Below the pieces are notes generated by a model. The model ran no database searches, was not told the DNA's origin, and was given only the letters and a program-made list of their open reading frames with translations. Of a stretch of DNA of 64,000 bases, positions 41,302 through 56,630 are shown in pieces. The stretch is taken from the NCBI RefSeq assembly GCF_009914755.1, contig NC_060926.1; one strand, written 5' to 3'. This stretch comes from the human T2T-CHM13v2.0 reference genome, Homo sapiens. Within the stretch, counting starts at the first letter, position 1, and every line of letters begins with the position of its first letter. The translations under genes and the position numbers were made by a program.

Positions 41302-42663
41302 AGGGTTTGCTTGACTAAGGTCACTATTTCAGAGAGCTTTGAAGCCATTCTAGTAGCTTTTCTGCTAGTAGTGCCTTAGCATCATTAACTAGTGAACCTT
41401 GTAAATGTACCACAACAGATATTTTAATTTCAAAATCTTTCACAGCCAGAACTATACCCTGTGTAATAACATAACATCAAGTGATTCCTCCAAAAATGTT
41501 GACCAGAATAGCCAGTACCTCTTTTTATCTGAAGTGATAAGCATAAGTGATTCTGTTACTTGATGGACTGTAGCACTAACATGAGCAACAAGGAATCTGT
41601 CTGGAGTCTCTTTATGAAGTTTTCTTATACCTATTGTGGTTATAGCCAAACCAGCACCATTTACTAGACAGCCTATTTTTCCACTGAGGCCAGTGTTATT
41701 GAGATGTGGCTTAGCTTCATCTTTGTTCCTTTCATCTTCCTGAGTCCAGTCCTGTAGATCAAAGATCTTCTGGCGATAGACTGAATTAGAATCAAAATTG
41801 ATCTTTGTGTCCAAACATAGCAGAGCTCCATCTGAATCTTATACCATTGAGCTTATTTTTATCATGGTTGTGTTGTAGTTCAGAAAAAGATTGTAAAGCT
41901 TGACCATGTTTTCTGCCACAGAATCCACAATAGTAGATGGAAATCTTATATTCTGTGCAAGCCGGAGAGCTTGTTCCTTTTTGATGCCTTCTACGACATC
42001 AATAGATTCTTTATTACATCAGGAGTCTCAGCAGAAACATCTTCAGTGTTGACACCACCTTGCAAACTTCCTATTTATACTGGACCTTGAAATGACCTTT
42101 CCATTGTTACTGGAAAGTAGTATTCTCTCCTGGGATATTTTTGCTCACAGATCAATACTTGATTGCATATTTTGTCCTTTTCTCCTGTTTACTTGGTAAA
42201 CAACTTTTTCCCAATAATTTGAGAGGGAACAGCTTTTTCTTCTTGATAGAAAACTATCTTCACTCCTCTTTTGGGACTGCTTCCAAATGTTCCTTTTTGT
42301 CTACCACAAGCAAAATTCTGTGCCATTATCACAACATCGTTAGAACCTAATTTTTTGACAATTGCGTCAGCTTCATCTGGTGACTTTGCCACATATCCTT
42401 TGGAAGGGAGACACCAGCTTCTTGCAACAATTTCATATTCATATATTCATGTAGTGAGAGATTCTTTTGCTGTTACTGCTGTACTTGGAGTTATTGGTTA
42501 TTAAACAGCTCAGAAATTCCCAGAACCTGGGCAGTAGACTGTACTATGGTCTGGTCTGGGACTGATGGCTGTGAAAAGTGGCAGCTAATTGTCAGCTATA
42601 GAACATGAAGGCCACCATTCCTAAGTCTGACCCTGTCCCCTCCTGCTGTGTGCCTCCAGCTGC
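40895..42663 (-). pseudogene. SUCLA2P: Processed pseudogene of SUCLA2 (succinate-CoA ligase ADP-forming beta subunit, mitochondrial)
   Basis: Intronless. ATG at 42618 (MVAFMFY...), '[24 protein letters not shown]', '[26 protein letters not shown]', '[11 protein letters not shown]', 'KLSEIVTL', stop at about 41247. 3'UTR, AATAAA (40914-40919) and degenerate poly(A) follow. Multiple frameshifts. The specific pseudogene number cannot be assigned from sequence. Confidence 0.93.
41266..41301. repeat. (TA)n(CA)12 compound microsatellite within the pseudogene CDS
   Basis: Directly visible. Confidence 0.92.
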
Positions 42664-44398
42664 TTTGTAATAGAGAATTTCCAATTCTCTTTTCCCTTTC
42701 CTTATGGCATTGCTATCATTCACTCTACTTATCCATATGCTGTAATCATCTACTATATTGTTGCTGTTATAACTTTAAACAAACTTTTTTATTTGGGATC
42801 AATTATGAATTAGAAATTAAGCTATTAGTAATAGCTTAATAAGACATTAATAAGAAAAAAGTAAAGATTTTATTTTACCTTCATGCATTCCTTTGCTGAC
42901 ACTTTCTTTTCTTTGGGTAATCTTAGTTTTGGCCTATATCATTTTCCTTCTCCCTAAAGAATGTTTCAAATTTCTAAGTGGGCAGGTCTACTGGCAATAC
43001 ATTCCTTTAGCTTTTGTTTCTATGAGGAGCCTTTATTCCTTCATAACTTTTGAGGGATTACTTTACTGAATATATAATTATGGAATGGTGGTTTCATTCT
43101 TTCAGAACGTTAAATATTTAACTCCATTCTTTCTTGTTTGAATGGTTTATGTTAAGAATTCTGATGTAAATTTTTTCATTGTTTCTCTATAGGTAAGTTT
43201 TTTTTTTTTATCTCCTGTGCCTTCTTGCAAGATTTTCCATTTTGCATTTGTTTTCTGCAATGTGAATATGATATGCATAGATACAGGTTTTGCTTTTTGT
43301 TTATGTTTAGTCTGCTTAGAGTTCTGTGTGCATTCTGGATCTGTTGTTTGCTGTCTGTCATGAGTTTAGTTAAATTCTTAGCCATTATTATTTTGAATAT
43401 TTTGTCTTCTCCATTCTCTCTTCCTTCTCTTTTCGATATTCCAATTACACCTCTGTTACACCTTTTGAAATTGTCCTTGGATTTCTTGTCCTGTTTTGTT
43501 CACACTTTTTTTTCTCTGCATTTCAGCTTGATAAGTTTCCACTGACATATCTTTAGGCTCAGTGAGCCTTTCCATGACCATGTCCAGTGGCCCATGATGA
43601 GCCCATCAAAGACATTCATCATTCTGCAACAGTATTTTTGAGTTCTGGTATTTCTTTTATGTTTTCCTAGAGTTTCTTTGTCTTTGCTTACATTACTCCT
43701 CTGTTTTTGCATATTGTCTACATTTTTCCATTAGAGCCTTTTACACATTACTTATAATCATTTTAAATTCCCTGCCTGATAATTTCAAAATCTGTGCCCT
43801 GTCTGAATCAGATTCTAATGCTTGCTTTATCTCTTTAGACTGTGTTTTTTTCTTGTCTTTTACTTTCCTTTTAATTTTTTGAAGGCTGCACATGATATAG
43901 GTAATAGAAACTGTGAGGTAAAAGGCCATTAGTGTGTAGTTTTATGTTAATCTGGCTAGGAGTTAAGCTGTGTTTTAATGTTTGCTTGTAGATGTAGATA
44001 CCAGAAGCCTTAAATTCTTCTGATGTCTGTGTTTTTGTCTGTTGCATTTGGCTGCCCTAAGAACTTGTTAGATAGATTTTGTACCTCTTTTAGCTGTTAT
44101 CTACTGTTGTTATACTGGAGGCTGTTGGAGTACTGGTAATGTTTGGTGGAAAGGAAGCATTCTTTAATGTGACCAATCCTCAGCTTTTTAGTGGGCCTGG
44201 GTCCTTGGATTGTAGGCTTTACAAGTGTTTCTTAGCTTTACTCCACTCCATTTGGTAAGACAAAAAAGCTAGAGGAGGTTTTAGTTGGGTAAATGCCTTT
44301 CCCCCAGGTGAGATAAGGCTATGGTAAAATCTTTTTCCCTGGAGTGTAGATATTGCCATGGAGAACACTCTGGGAATAGTATTTATCAATGGTTACTT

Positions 44399-44726
44399 CT
44401 CCTTTTTCTTTCTTTTCTTTTCTTTTCTTTTAAGACAGGATCTTGCTTTGTTGCCCAGGTTGGAGTGCAGTGTCATGATCACAGCTAATGGCAGCAGCCT
44501 CAAACTGCTGGACTCAAGCAATCTTTCTGCCTCAGTCTCCTGAGTAGCTGGGACTACAGGGATATGCCAACATACCCCCCTAATTTTTAATTTTTTTTGG
44601 TGGGGGGAGACAGAGACAGGGTCTCACTATGCCTAGGCTGGTCTTGAACTCCTGGGCTCCAGCAATACTTCTACCTTAGCTTCCAAAAGTGCTGGGATTA
44701 TAGGCATGAGCCACAGCACCTGGGCT
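44399..44726 (-). mobile_element. Alu SINE (AluJ family)
   Basis: AluJ-type 'ggactcaagcaatc' and 'aactcctgggctc', (TTTTC)n tail. TSD A(A/G)TGGTTACTT at 44388-44398 and 44727-44737. Confidence 0.93.
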
Positions 44727-45732
44727 AGTGGTTACTTTTCTTTTTTCCTAGTCCAAGCCTGGAAATAACCTTTCTTAGCTCTTCACACTAACAACCTGGT
44801 GGCTTTACTGGATGTAAAACCTACACAATTTTTGCCATTACAAATTTCTTACTCTTATGCTAGTTCATAGTCAACCGCCAGAAATTTGTCAGAAGTTACC
44901 ATTTATGTGTTGCTACCAACTCATGGCTCCAGTGGCATGTGCTTCAGGTAAGCAGATGTTTCCTGTGACTCTAATTCATAAATCTCTACAGACTTCAGGG
45001 TGATAGTTTATCCTGCAGCCTCGATTCTCTGCTAGGTCTAAGAAAATTATTCTTGTAAGCACAGGAGTGCTGACTTCTAAGCTCTTTATTCATCACAGCT
45101 GAAACTGGGAGTCACCAACTTGTGTTTTAGCAAATTATATTCTAGTAGTGAGATCTTATTTATTATATTTCTTTGGTAAATGTGATCCATGCCATGGGGA
45201 TTAATTTACTTACTTAGCTCCTCATTCTTACCCTTGTGATTTATCAAGGCTTCTCTAATTAGTACATCCCCTAAGGAAAGTTCAGGCCAAAAATATGATT
45301 GGCTCATGCACTGGAGGAGCCACAGGAGAAACTGCATCTTCTGGAGCAGCCCATTCTGCCCCTACAGTAGTGCTAGGTGGAAAAATCACAGCTGAGCTTG
45401 CTGCTTCCCCAATCTCTACCTTGCACTTTGAGACAGGATCTTTTGTGATGATCTTCCAGAGTACCAAAAGCCTATTAAAACAGTAATTCTAGCTGCTCAG
45501 GATGCTTTCATTAATGCAGATGCCTTTGAATCATCAGGAAGCGTTTGATTGGAATGGGATGAGGATCCAGATTGTAAAGTCCAGCAGGTTTTCACAGGAA
45601 TTTATCTGCCCTTACATTGTTTTGCTCCGAATAAAGCAAGCTGTCTCCTTTTCTCCAACTAGGCTGGGTTGGTTGGTAGGGAGGTTGCTGCTTCCCTAAC
45701 ACTGATTGCTTTCTTCCTGTCACTCTTACTTC

Positions 45733-46279
45733 GTATGTTGGTTTCCTGTGGCCATGCAACAATGTTACTACAAATGTAGTGGCTTTAAACAACACACATT
45801 TATTATCTCACAGGTCTTTGTGGGTTAGAAGTCTGGGCACAACTTAGCTTGGTTCTCTGCTTAGGGTCCCACAAGACTACAGTCAAGGTGTTGGCCAGTG
45901 CTTGGGTCTCATCTCAAGGTTGACTGGGAAGATCCATTTCCAGGCTTATGTGGTTTCAGCAGAATTCACTTCCTTACAGTTGTTGGGGGTTTCAGTTTCT
46001 TGCTACCCCTAGTTCTTAGGTATATACCAACGCAGCCGCTTGCTTCTTCAAAGACAGTAAAGGACAGAATCTTCTCAGAGAGGAGAAGTCACAAACCTGT
46101 GTAATGTAATTATAGAAATGACATCTTATCGTCTTTGCCATATTTTATCGATTAAAGGCAATTCACAGGGCTTGCCTTTATTCAAGTAGAAAGGATCACA
46201 TAAGGTAAAAGGATCAAATAAGAGTGTGAATATCAAGATATAGAGATCATGGGGGCCACCTTGGAGTCTTTCCATGACA
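45733..46279 (-). mobile_element. MaLR LTR (MLT1D/E-like)
   Basis: 'gtggctttaaacaacacacatttattatctcacag', 'tcaaggtgttggccag', 'gggggccaccttggagtc'. Confidence 0.7.
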
Positions 46280-48039
46280 GATAGTTGTCCTTTTATGTAA
46301 TGCTTATAGTCACTGGTTGTATCTGGCAGATACACATAATGAAAGGAAGACAGCTAAAGGTGAGCATCATAGAGAAATGAAGTCACTTTCATTCAGTTTG
46401 ACAACTGAATTTTTTAAAATGTAGACTACATGTAAGTAGTAATTACACAGTTAGCTATTGATATAGAAAATACGAAAAGAAAAAGTCTTACAAATTCAGT
46501 AGTTTTAAAATAAAATAATGCTTATTTTACTTATAACAGTATGTGCATACATTTGGAAGGTACAAGCACAGTCAGTAAGAGTCATAGTTACTAATTATAC
46601 AAATCATGGTTGAAATACTTAAGCTTTTGTAGAGGCCTTTTGTCATAATTCTGTTGACACTCAGTTATCTTTGACATGCAAATTGTTTCTCTAGTGGGAC
46701 ACAGTGAAATTCCTCCCCAGAAAAACACATTCTGAAGAAAAAAGAAAATACTTTGCATTTGAACTGTGATGTTCATAACACAAACAGTGGGAATATAGAT
46801 ATATTTTTTGGAAGATGGCAAACATTGAAAAAGAATAATGATGCAATAAAATTGAGAAAAAAAACTTGTTTTGCAATAGTCGTTTTTCAAATAGCACACG
46901 CATTATGGGATGTATGTGGAGGTTGAATGACAGAGAAGATATTCACCAAAATAATATTGTGTGGATATTCCTAGCCAAAATTATCTTTGTGATTAGCTGA
47001 CACTTGCAGCTGATCATTACTTGCTGTTATTTAAGTAGCTAAGGATGCCAAGGAGTAAACAGAGCAGCAGCATACCAGAAAAACTAAAGAAATCCACTTC
47101 AAATGGATTAACATAATTACTTCAGCCAGAGAGTGACAACAAAGTGACAAAATACACTTGAAACATAGATGTTTTTGTAGTCTACCTTCTGCTTGTACAC
47201 ACCTGTGCACTTTGTAAATGGCTCCATATGCTTAATCAAAAGAAATCTAATTGCCTTAATTTACTTCATCCAAAAGTAGAAGAGTAAATTATATGTTTAA
47301 TTATAAACTTTCCACTTTGGGCAGCTATAATTAATGACTCAAGGAATTGTGCAATAAGCCAAAAGCAACCTTTTATTACTCCTGAGATACCTGAACAACA
47401 CCGGCGTTTCAGAGCCAGTCAGGTTCTATTAGTATAGGAATCAAAATGCCTACCTGAGGCATTAATCACGGAGCACTTCCAAGCAGAGACTTTTAATTAT
47501 ATGTGCCGTATACCATCCACATGGATTGTCTGCACCAGGGGATGGTAATAAATGTTCTATACTAAGTAATGATGACAGGGGATTTTTTATTTTTTATTTT
47601 TATTTTTTAGTGAATTCCACCTTAAATTTCCATAACCTTACCAAGATGTGGCCCCAGAACATGGAGAATTCCTCCCTCTAAAACATTTTTTAGGAAGTCA
47701 ATGCCTTTGAAGACTGAAGTCTAATTTGTGTCTTCTATTAGAATTGACAAATGCAATAAGAAGCATCTCTCCTCCTAGAGATCCAACTGGATTTTCTCTA
47801 CACATCCAGAATTGCATTTTTAAAAGACACCACCTCTATTTACCATGTTGAGAGAATGAACATATAGTTTATTGTCAAACACTGGACATTCCAGGACAAC
47901 ATGCATAAATTAGGCCTCTGCTAGGAAAATTAGGGATCACCTTACATGTGGCATAGTCAATTTAGTCCTTGATCATAAGAACTTCAGTGGATTATGCATG
48001 GCATAGCTTGATTAGTTTTATGTAAGTAGCACTATCTTA

Positions 48040-48265
48040 TCATAGACGGAGCATGGGCTTTGACACAAAAAAGGTCTGGTTTTAAATTTCTGCCACTTAC
48101 TAGCTAAGGAACTTCAAGCATTATTTAACCTCTCTGAATCTTAGTTTTTTCATTTCTAAAATGGACACTTAAAGCACTTTTGTAATTATTAACCCAAATG
48201 TAATAACAATAAATAAAGCTCCAGGTATAGATGATATACTATGCTCTCAACAATCGTTATGTGTT
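48040..48265 (+). mobile_element. MIR SINE
   Basis: 'tctgccacttactagct...atttaacctctctgaatcttagtttttt catttctaaaatgg'. Confidence 0.65.
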
Positions 48266-48274
48266 AAATAAATC

Positions 48275-48575
48275 TTTTTTTTTTTTTTTTTGGTGAGATG
48301 GAATTTTGCCCTAGTCTTCCAGGCTGGGGTGCAATGGTGCATTCTTGGCACTGCAACCTCCGCCTCCCAGGTTCAAGTGGTTCTCCTGCCTCAGCCTCCA
48401 GAGTAGCTGGGATTACAGGTGAGTGCCACCATCCCTGACTAATTTTTGTATTTTTAGTAGAGACAGGGTTTCACCATGTTGACCAAGCTGGTCACAAACA
48501 CCAGACCTCAGGTGATTCACGAACCTCAGCCTCCCAAAGTGCTGGGATTACAAGCTTGAGCCACTGCGCCCAGCC
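48275..48575 (-). mobile_element. Alu SINE (AluSq/Sx-like)
   Basis: Full antisense dimer with T17 tail. Confidence 0.95.
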
Positions 48576-48956
48576 AGAGAAACCTTGAGAAAACTTAAAT
48601 CCTCTTATTCACTCACCCAGAATTTCAAAATTTTAGGGTGTTAATGAAAACATTAATTTTGACTAACAAAAATAATATAGTTTTAAAGGCACGTTACTTT
48701 GAGTGACGGGTCTACTGATTATTCCCTAGTCGCTCTCCTACCCTTTTCAAACTCTGCATTTTTCTGCCTTGCTCTGTGCCCTGGGAAGCTGCATATGAAT
48801 GACATCACCTGGGCTCCCTTGCCTATGACTTTCAGTTAGTTTTGCCAAGATGAGGCACTAGCAGATGACAGGATGTGTGGAGGAAAAATATTTTAAAGCA
48901 TTTATTATTCTCCCTTTCTGCTTCACCATGGTTCTGGTTGTGTTCTTCTTCTTACA

Positions 48957-49142
48957 CAGTGGTTCTTAAACTTAAGTGCACATCTGATTTACCTGGAGGG
49001 TCTGATAAAACCCAGATTTCTTGGTGCCACTCCCGGAGTTTCTGACTCAGTAGATGTGGAGTAGAGTTTAGGAATTTGCATTTCCAATTACTTTTCACGT
49101 GACAGTGGTGCTGATCCAGAAACATCTGTTTGATGTCCAGTG
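48957..49142. mobile_element. MER5A (hAT-Charlie)
   Basis: CAGTGGTTCTTAAAC start, 'gagtttctgactcagtag', 'ggaatttgcatttcca', about 185 bp. Confidence 0.8.
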
Positions 49143-49179
49143 CTTTATGATAGCAGGTTCATAGGGCAGCCCCCTCCCC

Positions 49180-49549
<370 letters not shown>

Positions 49550-51099
49550 TGATAACACCATTCACTTCTGGCCTAGAGACAGTAACAGCAGTATTCTGTG
49601 GCTAAACCTCAGGTAGTGCCTCATCACTCCTTAGGGTTAGTTCATTAACAGGGGAGTTGTCCATACTTCAGAAATATCTTCTTCATTATATTATCTTTCA
49701 TTATCCTTTTAAGTGTATGATTTTTTTTCTTCCTGGGCTGTAACTGATATAGCAAGTACAGAAATTACTCAAATTAAACATTATGGATTTTTAAAAAATC
49801 ACTAGAATTTTTGAATTTTTAACTCTTCTTAATTGTACCATTGTACCATTAATTGTACTACCATTGTAGTGGTTTTACAAATGAGGCAAAACAATAGCAA
49901 AAAAGTGATACCCTTGAAGTCTTTAGTATCAAATCTATTGTCGTATTGAAGACAGTGAAGCATTGAACTAGGGTTATGATGCCACATAATAGATTTCTAA
50001 AATAGAAATGTCTCAGTCATTTAGTTTGTATTAATGTATTATTTTCCATCAAGTATCTTGAGCAACTTTAATAATTTCAAAATTTCTCAGCGTAATTATA
50101 TTGTAAAAAACTACTCTAAGTTTACTGTTTTTCCCAATATTTCCTGAAGTAACAAAATAATTATGATTAGAAATGTTTTAAAACTTCAAAATCATTTTTT
50201 AAGTTTCTTAAAAGATGAGTTTTCAAATCCTCCTGCTTTTATCTTTTGTTTCTGAGTATGAGGTGTTTTTTTTTTTTTCCTATGAGGATTATTTTGTTCC
50301 TATTTTAAGAAGAATGCCTGTTTACTGCTAAAAAGGTTATTTTTAACTAGTCTCTCGTGGACCATTTCAGACAAGTAAGGTGAGAAGAGGGGAAAATTAT
50401 TTAGATATTGTGAAGACATGAACAGCTTATCTAGAAATTTTTTTAAATGAGGCAAAAGTGGTGATGAGGATAACAAAGATCTGCTGTGCTGCCTAGCGGG
50501 CATCAGAAGTCAGAAGGCTCCATAGCTCAGGTCATATGTGCCCACACATGATAGGACCCTAACATCTCCACAAAGACTCTTGTGTCATATATCACTGTGG
50601 GGGAACTTTGAAGAATGAAGTCTCTACCATCAAAACAGAATCTAAAAAAGTATATTTCACTTTTTTTTTCAAAGTAAGTATCAGAAAGTTCTCTCTTCTC
50701 ACAAATTCTAGATATAAACCATCCACTCTCTTCTGAATTTCTCAGATCAATAAATGGTTCAGTGCTGTATTGTGTTAGGAACTATGTGTAGGTTTCTGAG
50801 GGAAGAGGGCTGTTATGGTGAGGTGTAACCTTGGAATTTGATAATTAGAGACAACAGTTTAAACATCTGTAAGGAAGAGGATCAAATGTATACATGGAAT
50901 TTTAAAATATATTATGAACTTGCTTTGCTTGCAGAATATCACTGTTTTTGAATTTTTTTTGAACCATGGAATTGGCACTTGCACCAATCTTTTATTTGAG
51001 GTGTCTTGGAGAAATAGCAAGTCGATGACAAGATATGTTGGCTAAAATCCACAGTGACGGTCTGAAAAATTTAATTAATTAAATTAGCATTTATTATTC

Positions 51100-51530
51100 T
51101 CAGGATCAGATAAACAAAGCAAATATATGAGTACACTATCATTTTAACTTTTCTGTGAGTGATTTAAAAATGAATTGCACTGTGGTAAGAAAATATCATC
51201 ATCTCTTGAAACTACCGTTATGGTATGTCAATTTTTTTCATGTTCCATGGGTGCTTAAAAAAGAGTGCTTTGTATATTTGCTGGATGTAGACTTCAATTT
51301 ATGCCTACTAGGTTAGGCTTATATATTCTAATTTCATATTTTTTAAGGCTTAGTAATTTGTTCCTGCTAATTATATTAATGCCTAAGATAGATGTGTTAA
51401 AATTACCCTTTATTATTGTAAGTTTGTCAATCTTTCCTAGTAGTTTTCTCATTTTTTGTTTTATATAGTTGGATATGTTGCTATTGGGTCTGATCAATTT
51501 CAGGATTATTATTTCTTCTTGGTAACTTGT
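51100..51530 (-). mobile_element. Ancient L1M ORF2 endonuclease fragment
   Basis: ORF 51294-51572 contains 'KIDKLTIIKGNFNTSIL', homologous to L1 EN 'TIIMGDFNTPL'. Confidence 0.6.
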
Positions 51531-52330
51531 GCTTTGTTCACTGACATCACACAGACATCTTTCATATACCACTTTCTATTTATCAGCAAACCCTGTCTGA
51601 TCAAACTTTGCAATTTGTTCAGATTCCACCAGTTTTCACCTTTTCCACTTGGTTGAAGTCACCGTTGTGATGAATCTTTTCTAGTCTACTGCTGTAGTCT
51701 CCTACCTTCACTGCTTCTGCTTTTACCTTTCTAGAGTCTACTCTCAACAAAGTTCTTCCAGTTCTTACAAGGAGCTATTAATGAGGCACTATCCCCATCT
51801 GACTGCAGCTTTGTGAAAGTGGCCCTACAGAGCAGGTCTGCATTTGCATTTGTTGGGCATCTCCTTGTGTCAGTAATCCTGAAATTGTCTTCATGTCAGG
51901 TGCTCAGCTTGCAGTTTCTGTACCAGGCTGGTATTATACACTTGGACCCATATCTGTAGGTTTCGAGGGCTTGGAATTTTGATTTATTGGTGCGGACTTT
52001 TTTTCTCATCCAAACATCCCTAATGAGATGTAGCAAACATTTTTGCTGCTTCCCGGAGATAATGGATGCAGTTCTTCTGTTTAACATAAATGAGTGGACA
52101 TTTCAGTGAAGCTCTCTTTAAGGGGTAATAGTTTTCCTGCTTTATGTAGGTTTCGATTATTTCTTTGGCCTATGCGGATGCTAGAATACTAGCTCCTTTT
52201 CTACAACGTTGAAATCTAGAACCAAATCTTTGTAGGCTGCCACGTTGACAGTTTCTCCTTAGCCACCTTATTTCATTTTGGAAGCCTAGAAATTTAGCTC
52301 TATTTGGTTCAAGTTAGGCTGTATGTCATG

Positions 52331-52333
<3 letters not shown>

Positions 52334-52377
<44 letters not shown>
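52334..52377. repeat. (TG)22 microsatellite
   Basis: Directly visible perfect dinucleotide run. Confidence 0.97.
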
Positions 52378-52381
<4 letters not shown>

Positions 52382-52840
52382 AGTGTATGTCTTTATTTTT
52401 AATATGGAGTTTCTGGTTTAGTTTTTAGCAGAGGGATAGCCCCTTAGTGACAAGTGAATCTACTACCCTATACTAGATTAGGATGAAATTTACAACTAAT
52501 TCTCAATGCTTTTCTAATAAACTATTTACTTAATTTGAATCTTCAAAAAATACATTTAATGATGATTTTGTGCCTGAAGGTATATCAGACCATGGGAATT
52601 CTGCAGTGAAGAAAATATACCTGTTTTTTGCCTTCCTGAACCTTAAAGGTTAATAGAAGAAGGCATATTAACTAACAAATAAATTACAAATCAAGGTGAA
52701 CAAATGTTATAAAGAAAATTATCTTGAGGAAAAAGTAAAGCAAACTTGAGATAAGGGATCTAATTTGGATAGGATGGTCTCCCAAACCTCTATGACATTC
52801 ACAAGAAACCAGAAGACAGTTTCAATAGAAATGGTACCTT

Positions 52841-54194
<1,354 letters not shown>

Positions 54195-55754
54195 CAGGTA
54201 TCAGAATAGTTACTGCTTCTAGAGTCGTTGTAGGTATAAATAATTTAGAACAATATTCAGCATCTAATCAGTACTGTCATAACTGTTGATATAATTGTAT
54301 TATTCATATCTGTGTATTTTGTAGATGTATATTAAATAATACCTTTAAAAATTAAAACTAAAAAGGAATGGTGCCTATTACAGTTCTGATTTATTTGTTA
54401 ATGTTTTTTAAAGACCGGAGGGTATTATGTTTCGTCATCAATTTTATAATGACTCAATTTTCAAGTCGTATCTTTCTTTACTCTATATTCCTCAGTTATT
54501 ACATGGATTTAAATATACCTTAGGTTAAATGTTATTTGGCTGATGTTAGAAGTTACACACATAAAAAAACAAAATACAAGGAAACTCTATAAATATGACA
54601 TGGTTAACATATAAGTCCCGTTGAGGAGATGGTGTCTGAAAATTGTCTATGATTTGAAAATTATTTTGAATAATTCATTAATTTCTGGAAAAGAATGGAA
54701 AGATAGGAGAACTTTCAAGCACCTATTTTACTCAAAAATGGCATTAAATATGATCTCACATAGGCATTAATTGAAACATGGTTAAAATTGGTTCCCACCT
54801 GCTTTGGAAACTGCTTTTGTTTAGTTTCAGCTCATGCTTTGTGAATATGTAAGTCTGAGAAGTGCTGTTTATGCTATCTCCTAGAAATTTCTTAACACAA
54901 ATATTTCTCAATGTATAACAAGGCTCTGAGAAATCCTGAAGACATTTTTTAACTTTGTTTAAGCCAACATGTCTCAAATTTATTTGACTATATAATGTTG
55001 TTTTGTGTTTTGTGTATAAACATATTTTAACTAACCATGAGCAGGGTTCCAGGAACGTACTTTTGGACATTCTCTTCTACATTATATGTCTTCTATTAAT
55101 ATTTTTTATTCTTGTGTTTATACTCTTTCTTTACTTAAAATATTTATAGATAAAATATTATGAGTAAAATCAACTACCTTTTAAAAATATTTTAAAATGT
55201 CATGATCTTAGTTCTTAAAAGATTGCAATTGGCTAATAGCAGGGAAAACCATACATTCTGATTTTCCTAGTACAGTCTTAATTTATGCTTCCCTATTTCA
55301 TATAAAAAGAATCATGATTTAAATGATAAATTGTTCATTATACTATTATCTCCAATTATGATACTTGCAATATATGACAGTTGCATATTCTCTAAAAGAA
55401 GCTTCTTTCCCCTCTTGAAAGTCAGCTCATTGTCTAATTTAAAACTAATGTAATTTCTTTTCAAAAGCAAATTCAAGACTTCAAGTAAAATGACAGCATA
55501 AGCTCGGTCATAGGCCTCTATCTCTCAGATCCTCATTTAGAAAAATAAAATGGAAAAAAAAAAGAGAAGCAGAAGGACTTGCAACATCACTGGAAACTAG
55601 GAAAGTGCATCTTCCACAAACTGGATTCCTGGGAGAAGTGGTTCTGCACACATGACAGTTGGCACCAGACTGCAGGACACCAAGGGCTGACTCAGCCTCT
55701 GCCAACTCAGAAAGAGAAGTGTAGCTACAGTGATGGGAGGACCTCAGCTGGGTT

Positions 55755-56630
55755 TGCATTACTTTTCTATTGCTGCTTAACACATTACCACAGACTGAGT
55801 AACTTCAAAAAGCACAAATTTAGTACTGTATCTCAAAATTTCTGTAGATCACAAGTCTTGCCATGGGTTAGCTAGGTCTCTTGTTCAGGATCTCATAAAG
55901 TTGAAATCCAGATGTTGGCTAGTCTACCATTTCATCTGAGGCTTGGAGTCCTCTTCCGATCTCATTCAAGTTGTGGAAAGAATTCAGTTATTTGTGGTTG
56001 ATATGGTTAGGATCTGTGTCCCCACCCAAATCTTATCTTGAATTGTAATGCCCATAATCCCCATGTGTTGAGGGTATAACAAGTGGAGATAATTGAATCA
56101 TGGGGCAGTTTCCCTTATGCTGTTCTCCTGCTAGTAAGTGAGTGCTCATGAGATCTGATGGTTTCATAAGGGGCTTCCCCCTTCACTCAGCATGCACTCC
56201 ATCCTGCTGTTATTTGAAGAAGGTGCCTGCTTCTCCTCTGCCTTCCTCCATGAGTGTAAGTTTCCTGAGGCCTCCCCAGCAATGCGGAAATGCGAGTCAA
56301 TTAAACCTCTTTATTAATTACCCAGTCTCGGTTATTTCTTCATAGCAGTGTGAAAACGGACTAATACACTGATTGTAGGACTGAGACCTGTGTTTTCTTG
56401 CTGGCTGTCAGCCAGGGATTATTCTCAGCTCCTATAAGACACCCTTGGGTCTTAGTTTCATGGCCCACTCACACTATGGCAGCTTATTTAGTCAAAATCA
56501 GCCAGGGAGCCTCTCTCTAGTTGGCTAACATAGGGTCTAACATAACACAACCTAATCAAAAAGTGTTCTTCCATCTTAGACACACGTATGCTCAAAGGGA
56601 GGAGATTTTATAGGGTGTGTTGGAACCAGG
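55755..56630 (-). mobile_element. MaLR LTR (MLT1E/F-like) interrupted by a younger LTR
   Basis: 'ttttctattgctgcttaacacattaccacagactgagt', 'gaaagaattcagtta...tgtaggactgag' continuity across the insert. Confidence 0.65.
55999..56368 (+). mobile_element. THE1D/MSTA-type solo LTR
   Basis: TGATATGGTTAGGATCTGTGTCCCCACCCAAATC...AAAACGGACTAATACA. Confidence 0.9.

Larger units (their letters stand above)
37790..45115 (-). mobile_element. Ancient, nearly full-length L1M (L1MC/MD-type) with nested insertions
   Basis: 3'UTR/ORF2 end at 37790-39530, ORF2 start MVDIKPTISIITLTVNGLNTPIKRQ (40762), ORF1-like MAKNLTKLMTDSKQQIQ (43385), 5' region to about 45115. Confidence 0.75.

Noticed and set aside
41452-42392. 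Functional succinyl-CoA ligase beta gene
   Set aside because: Intronless with multiple frameshifts and stops, a deletion and an inserted microsatellite, so it is a processed pseudogene.
45282-45700. Moderately GC-richer block with short ORFs on both strands and two ATTGG (CCAAT) boxes
   Set aside because: No recognisable protein similarity, splice structure or CpG island. A promoter or exon call cannot be supported from sequence alone.
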